A stretch of 64,000 bases of DNA from the human T2T-CHM13v2.0 reference genome, Homo sapiens. This document shows positions 59,601-64,000 of the stretch, in pieces (position 1 is the stretch's first letter; each line of letters opens with the position of its first letter). The stretch lies in the NCBI RefSeq assembly GCF_009914755.1, contig NC_060926.1; one strand, 5' to 3'. A program made the translations under genes and the position numbers. A model generated the notes under the pieces. It was not told the DNA's origin. It was given only the letters and a program-made list of their open reading frames with translations, and did no database searches.

Positions 59601-60324
59601 AAATCTTCAAGCTCATGCTTGGAAAGATAAGTTTCAAAAGTTTAGCAGTTTTAATACTGTTCCTTTTATTTGGACATATATAGAGGGTAGGTGTCCAATC
59701 CTGCATACCATCTAACGGCAAATTTGTAGTGTTTGGAGTACATATCTACAAATATTTCAGAAGATCACAACTGAGAATTCTACCAGTAATTATAAAGTGT
59801 AAAATGTCAGAGTAGGTAAGAAAGTTGACACTGTAAGTTGTTTCTTAAAGAAAGCATACCTTTCTTAAAAATCTGAAACACTAAAATCCATTAAACTGAT
59901 ATGGTATAAAATACATTTCTTAATAAGATTCCTCCCAGTTAATTAGAATCACGAATATTGCTAGGTGATATAGTACCCCAGGTCTCAAAAGTCTTAGAAA
60001 ATATGATATTTCAGATAAGATCCCTAAGCATAATTATATTATGGTCTTTAATTAAACAGAGATATGCTTTGACACATATTCAGTTGCAAAATGAAAGAGA
60101 CAAACTGGAATTCACAATCATTGTGTACGTTTTGTTAAATATAGGTGAAAACTAATATGTGGAGGTGTGTGAGCATTCATTTGTCTCCCGTAAGCTCCTC
60201 TATAGATTATATTCAAAGCAACTGTCAGACCAAACTCTACTAAGCATGCAGATACTTAAAACCAGCAAAAACCAGTGTAGCCATCCCTTTTATAAGTTTA
60301 GCAACATTCAGGCTCATCCAAGTC

Positions 60325-60838
60325 TGTTGGGAACAGGCACCCCCAAAATCTGGCCATAAACTGGCCCCAAAACTGGCCATAAACAAAATCTCTGCAGCAC
60401 TATGACATGTTCATGATGGCCACAATGCCCATGCTGGCAGTTTGTGGGTTTACCGGAATGACGGCAAGGAACACCTGGACCACCCAGGGTGGAAAACCAC
60501 TTAAAGGCATTCTTAAACCACAAACAATAGCGTGAGCGATCTGTGCCTTAAGGACATGCTCCTGCTGCAGATAACTAGCCAGACCCACCCCTTTATTTTG
60601 GCCCATTCCTTTGTTTCCCATAAGGGATACTTTTAGTTAATCTAATATCTATAGAAACAATGCGAATCACTGGCTTGCTGTTGATAAATACGTGGGTAAA
60701 TCTCTGTTTGAGGCTCTCAGCTCTGAAGGTTGTGAGACCCCTGATTTCCCACTTCACACCTCTATATTTCTGTGTGTGTGTCTTTAATTCCTCTAGCGCC
60801 ACTGGGTTAGGGTCTCCCCAACTGAGCTGATCTTGGCA
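60325..60838 (+). mobile_element. MER9 (HERV-K HML-3) 5' LTR
   Basis: TG...CA termini; tgttgggaacaggcacccccaaaatctggccataaactggcccc start; followed by a PBS and gag. Confidence 0.93.
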
Positions 60839-60840
60839 AG

Positions 60841-60860
60841 CGGCGCCCATATGTGGGGGC
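60841..60860 (+). promoter_or_regulatory. Primer-binding site, tRNA-Lys type (mutated)
   Basis: cggcgcccatatgtgggggc, versus the HERV-K PBS TGGCGCCCAACGTGGGGC, 2 nt after the LTR. Confidence 0.8.
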
Positions 60861-60989
60861 TCGAATCCAGGTCGAAGGGTTGCTGGAGCAACAGTTGGAG
60901 AGGGTGGAACTAGCTGGAGGACACCCGAGTACTCTTATAGCAATTCCCGTGGTGAGTAAGAAGGGGAGCTCAGAAGCATCAGGGTAACA

Positions 60990-61630
60990 GTGGGACAAGT
61001 GTGGGGTGTGGTTCTTCCACCTTGGAACTTTTTCACACTGATGATTAGGAGAAAGGAATGCATAATGAAGTAACAGAAGAGGTTACAGAGCAGATTTATT
61101 TGCCAGCTAAAGCTAAAGTGGAAAGGAGGGCGAGGTTCATCCCTACCCTTCTGCACCCCCTCATTATTATTTTGAAGAAAAAGACCCGCCAGATCTTTCT
61201 TTTCCAGAGGACACTGGGCGAAAAATAGTTGCCCCATTGACTGTTCGAGCAGTGCCTTCAGTGACCACCCTCATTTCTTTTCAGGCAGGAATTCAGCAAG
61301 CTAGATAAGAGGGTGATTTAGAGGCTTGGCAGTTCCCTGTTAGAATACACCCCCCAGATCAACAGAAAAATATTATATCTACATTTGAGCCTTTTCCTTT
61401 AAATTACTCAAAGAATTTAAACAAGCTATTCATACTAAAAAAGAATGTAGAAATAATCAACGAGTCAGGCCACCAGACAGGGGAAAAAAGAAAACTGCTG
61501 AGCCTGAAATATCTCCAAAATGTAAAAAAGGAAGACATTGGGCTAATCAGTGTCACTCTAAGTTTGATAAAGATGGGAACCCAATTTCGGGAAATGCCAC
61601 GAGGGGCCCGTCCTGGGCCCCATTTTAAAC
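60990..61630 (+). pseudogene. gag: HML-3 gag remnant (start codon GTG, most of capsid deleted)
   Basis: GTG GGA CAA start; EFKQAI joined to HTKKECR; zinc knuckle SPKCKKGRHWANQCHSKFDKDGNPISGN with the first Cys mutated. Confidence 0.88.
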
Positions 61631-62514
61631 CAGGGCATTTCCAGCTCAGCTCATTCCCTCACCCCTGTACAATATCTGTCCCTGCCATAGCCAGTAGTGC
61701 CACAGTAGATTTATGCTGCACAAAAGCTCTGAGTCTTCTGTCTGGGGAACCCCCGCAAAAGGTCCCAACAGGAGTCTGTGGACCCTTGCCAGCGGGGACA
61801 ATAGGATTACTTTTAGGAAGCTCTAGTTTAAGTTTAAAAGGGGTACAAATACATACAGGAGTCATTGATTCAGATTACAATGGGGCAATTCAAATTGTTA
61901 TATCTACTTCTGTTCCCTGGAAAGCAGAGCCAGGAGAGTGCATAGCACAGCTCCCGATTGTGCCATATGTGGGAATAGGAAAAAGTGAAATTAAATGAAC
62001 AGGAGGATTTGGAAGCACAAATAAACATGGCAAAGCAGCTTATTGGATACATCAAATTATTGATAAACATCCTACCTGTGAAATAACTATTCAGGGAAAG
62101 AAATTTAAAGATTTGGTAGATACAGGAGAAGACATTTCAATCATTTCTCTACAGCACTGGCTGTCCACATGGCCAATTCAACCTGCTCAATTTAACACAG
62201 TTGGAGTTGGTAAAGCCCCTGAAGTATATCAAAGTAGTTATATTTTGCATTTTGAGGGGCCCGATGGACAACCTGGGACTATTCAATCAATTATAACTTT
62301 TGTACCTATAAATTTATGGGGAAGAGATTTATTACAACAATGGGGAGCACAAGTTCTAATTCCAGAACAATTATATAGCCCTCAAAGTGAACACATACTG
62401 CATGAAATGGCGAATGTCCCTGGTATGGGAGTAGAAAAAAATTTGCAAGGTTTGAAAGAACCACTTCAAGCGGAAAGACAAAGTTCCCGCCAAAGACTAG
62501 GATATCATTTTTGA
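61589..62514 (+). pseudogene. pro: HML-3 pro: dUTPase, aspartic protease and G-patch; premature TGA at 61996-61998
   Basis: dUTPase motifs GLLLGSSSL, GVIDSDYNG, IAQL, *TGGFGST; protease LVDTGED and NLWGRDLL; GGGAAAT slippery-like site at 61589-61595. Confidence 0.93.
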
Positions 62515-63518
62515 TGGTGGCCATTGTTAAGCCTCCAGAACCTATACCTTTAAAATGGTTAACAGATAAGCCAATTTGTATAGAACAGTGGCCACTAAAT
62601 AAAGAGAAACTGGAGGTGTTAGAGGAATTAGTTACTGAACAATTAGAAAATGGGCACATAGCTCCAACATTTTCCCCTTGGAATTCTCCAGTTTTCGTAA
62701 TTAAGAAAAAATCAGGTAAATGGAGAATGTTAACTGACTTAAGAGCCATCAATTCAGTTATACAACCTATGGAAGAATTACAGCCAGGATTGCCTTCTCC
62801 TGCTATAATTCCAAAAAATTAGCCTTTAATAGTCATAGATTTAAAAGACTTTCTTTACTAACCCTTTAGCTGAGCAAGACTGTAAATGGTTTGCATTTAC
62901 AATTCCTGCAGTAAACAACCTTCAGCCTGCTAAGCATTTTCATTGTTTTACAGATGGTTCTAGTAATGGTAAAGCTTCTTATTCTGGATCAAAAGGTAAA
63001 GTTTTCCAGACGCCCTATACTTCAGCTCAAAAAGCGGAGCTTGTAGCTGTAACTGAGGTATTGACTGCTTTTTATGTGCCTATTAATGTGATTTCTGATT
63101 CTTCATATGTGGTTCATTCCACACAGTTAATTGAAAATGCTCAGTTATGATTTCATATAGAAAAACAACTGATGACAAAAATGAAAAAGGGGGGAGAAAC
63201 AGGGATTATGGGACAGCCCATACACAATTAAATCTAGCATTATTAACTTTAAATTTTTTGAGCCTGCCAAAAGGCCAGATGTTATCAGCAGCTGAACAGC
63301 ATCTACAGAAACCAGCTGCAAAGACAGAAGCAGAACAATTGATTTGGTGGAGAGATCCAATAACAAAAAGTTGGGAAATAGGTAAAATAATAACTTGGGG
63401 TAGAGGTTATGCTTGTGTTTCTCCAGGCCAAAATCAACAGCTGATTTGGATACCATCAAGACACCTGAAACCTTATTATGAGCCAGACGCTGAGGAAGAG
63501 ATTCCAGGAGGATCCTGA
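62511..63518 (+). pseudogene. pol: HML-3 pol remnant: RT N-terminus, partial RNase H, integrase C-terminus
   Basis: [25 protein letters not shown]; FTDGSS..SAQKAEL..VISDSSYV; WWRDPITKSWEIGKIITWGRGYACV; no YxDD motif and no integrase core. Confidence 0.93.
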
Positions 63519-64000
63519 GGACCCGCTGGTTGCAGCCATGTCAAGGCTGACACTGAGGAGGACCCCCAACTGTCACAAGCAACACCCGTCAAACACAGCC
63601 ACCCACCTGGGGAGAGATCAAGAAGCTGTCACAGATGGCGGAAGAAAACCTGATGAAAGCGAGACAGCCAGTCACAATGAATAATTTAATGGTAGCTATG
63701 ATAGCAGTGATCACCATTGCCATGAGTATTCCTTCAATAAGGGCTGACACATGGAACAATTATACTTATTAGGCATATTTTCAATCTTGGCTGGCAATAA
63801 TGCCTAGATGTAATCACTCTATGATGCAGTTACATATGCTTTCTGATCTCAGTATTTACCATAATAAATCTGCTCCTATAATTGAGGCATACCACCCTCA
63901 AAAACCTATTTGTAAACAAAATTAAACCTGGCCAGAAAATATGAATGTACTTATTTAGGAAGATTGCATTGCAGAACAGGTAGAGGTGCTGCACAATGAT
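63478..64000 (+). pseudogene. env: HML-3 env 5' part (long signal peptide and start of SU), disrupted, runs off the window
   Basis: PPTWGEIKKLSQMAEENL..NLMVAMIAVITIAMSIP..NYTY*AY, typical of a betaretroviral env leader. Confidence 0.85.

Noticed and set aside
61564-62514. Functional viral dUTPase or protease
   Set aside because: Stop before dUTPase motif 5, GRSS changed to GSSS, DTGAD changed to DTGED, and the gag start is lost

Overview
Primate (human-like) genomic DNA, AT-rich and mostly made of nested, decayed interspersed repeats. These are L1 LINEs of several ages, about 12 Alus, a full-length THE1 MaLR element, MLT1 and MER21-like LTRs, Tigger1/Tigger2a/MER44 DNA transposons, L2/MIR remnants, and the 5' 3.7 kb of an internally deleted HERV-K HML-3 (MER9/HERVK9) provirus that runs off the right end. 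I see no intact protein-coding gene; nearly all listed ORFs are translations of repeats. I found no new multi-gene system. The most unusual signals are local. (1) A TSD-flanked chimeric retro-insertion joins the first 40 nt of 5S rRNA head-to-head with an unrelated tailed fragment. (2) Templated insertions and a 30-bp micro-inversion lie inside L1 copies. (3) An older L2 piece with a tail sits inside a younger L1. (4) A cluster of strong plus-strand splice-site pairs at 20.8-25.8 kb could be exons of a spliced transcript. Repeat subfamily names are recognised from memory of consensus sequences, not from a search, and boundaries of old repeats are approximate.
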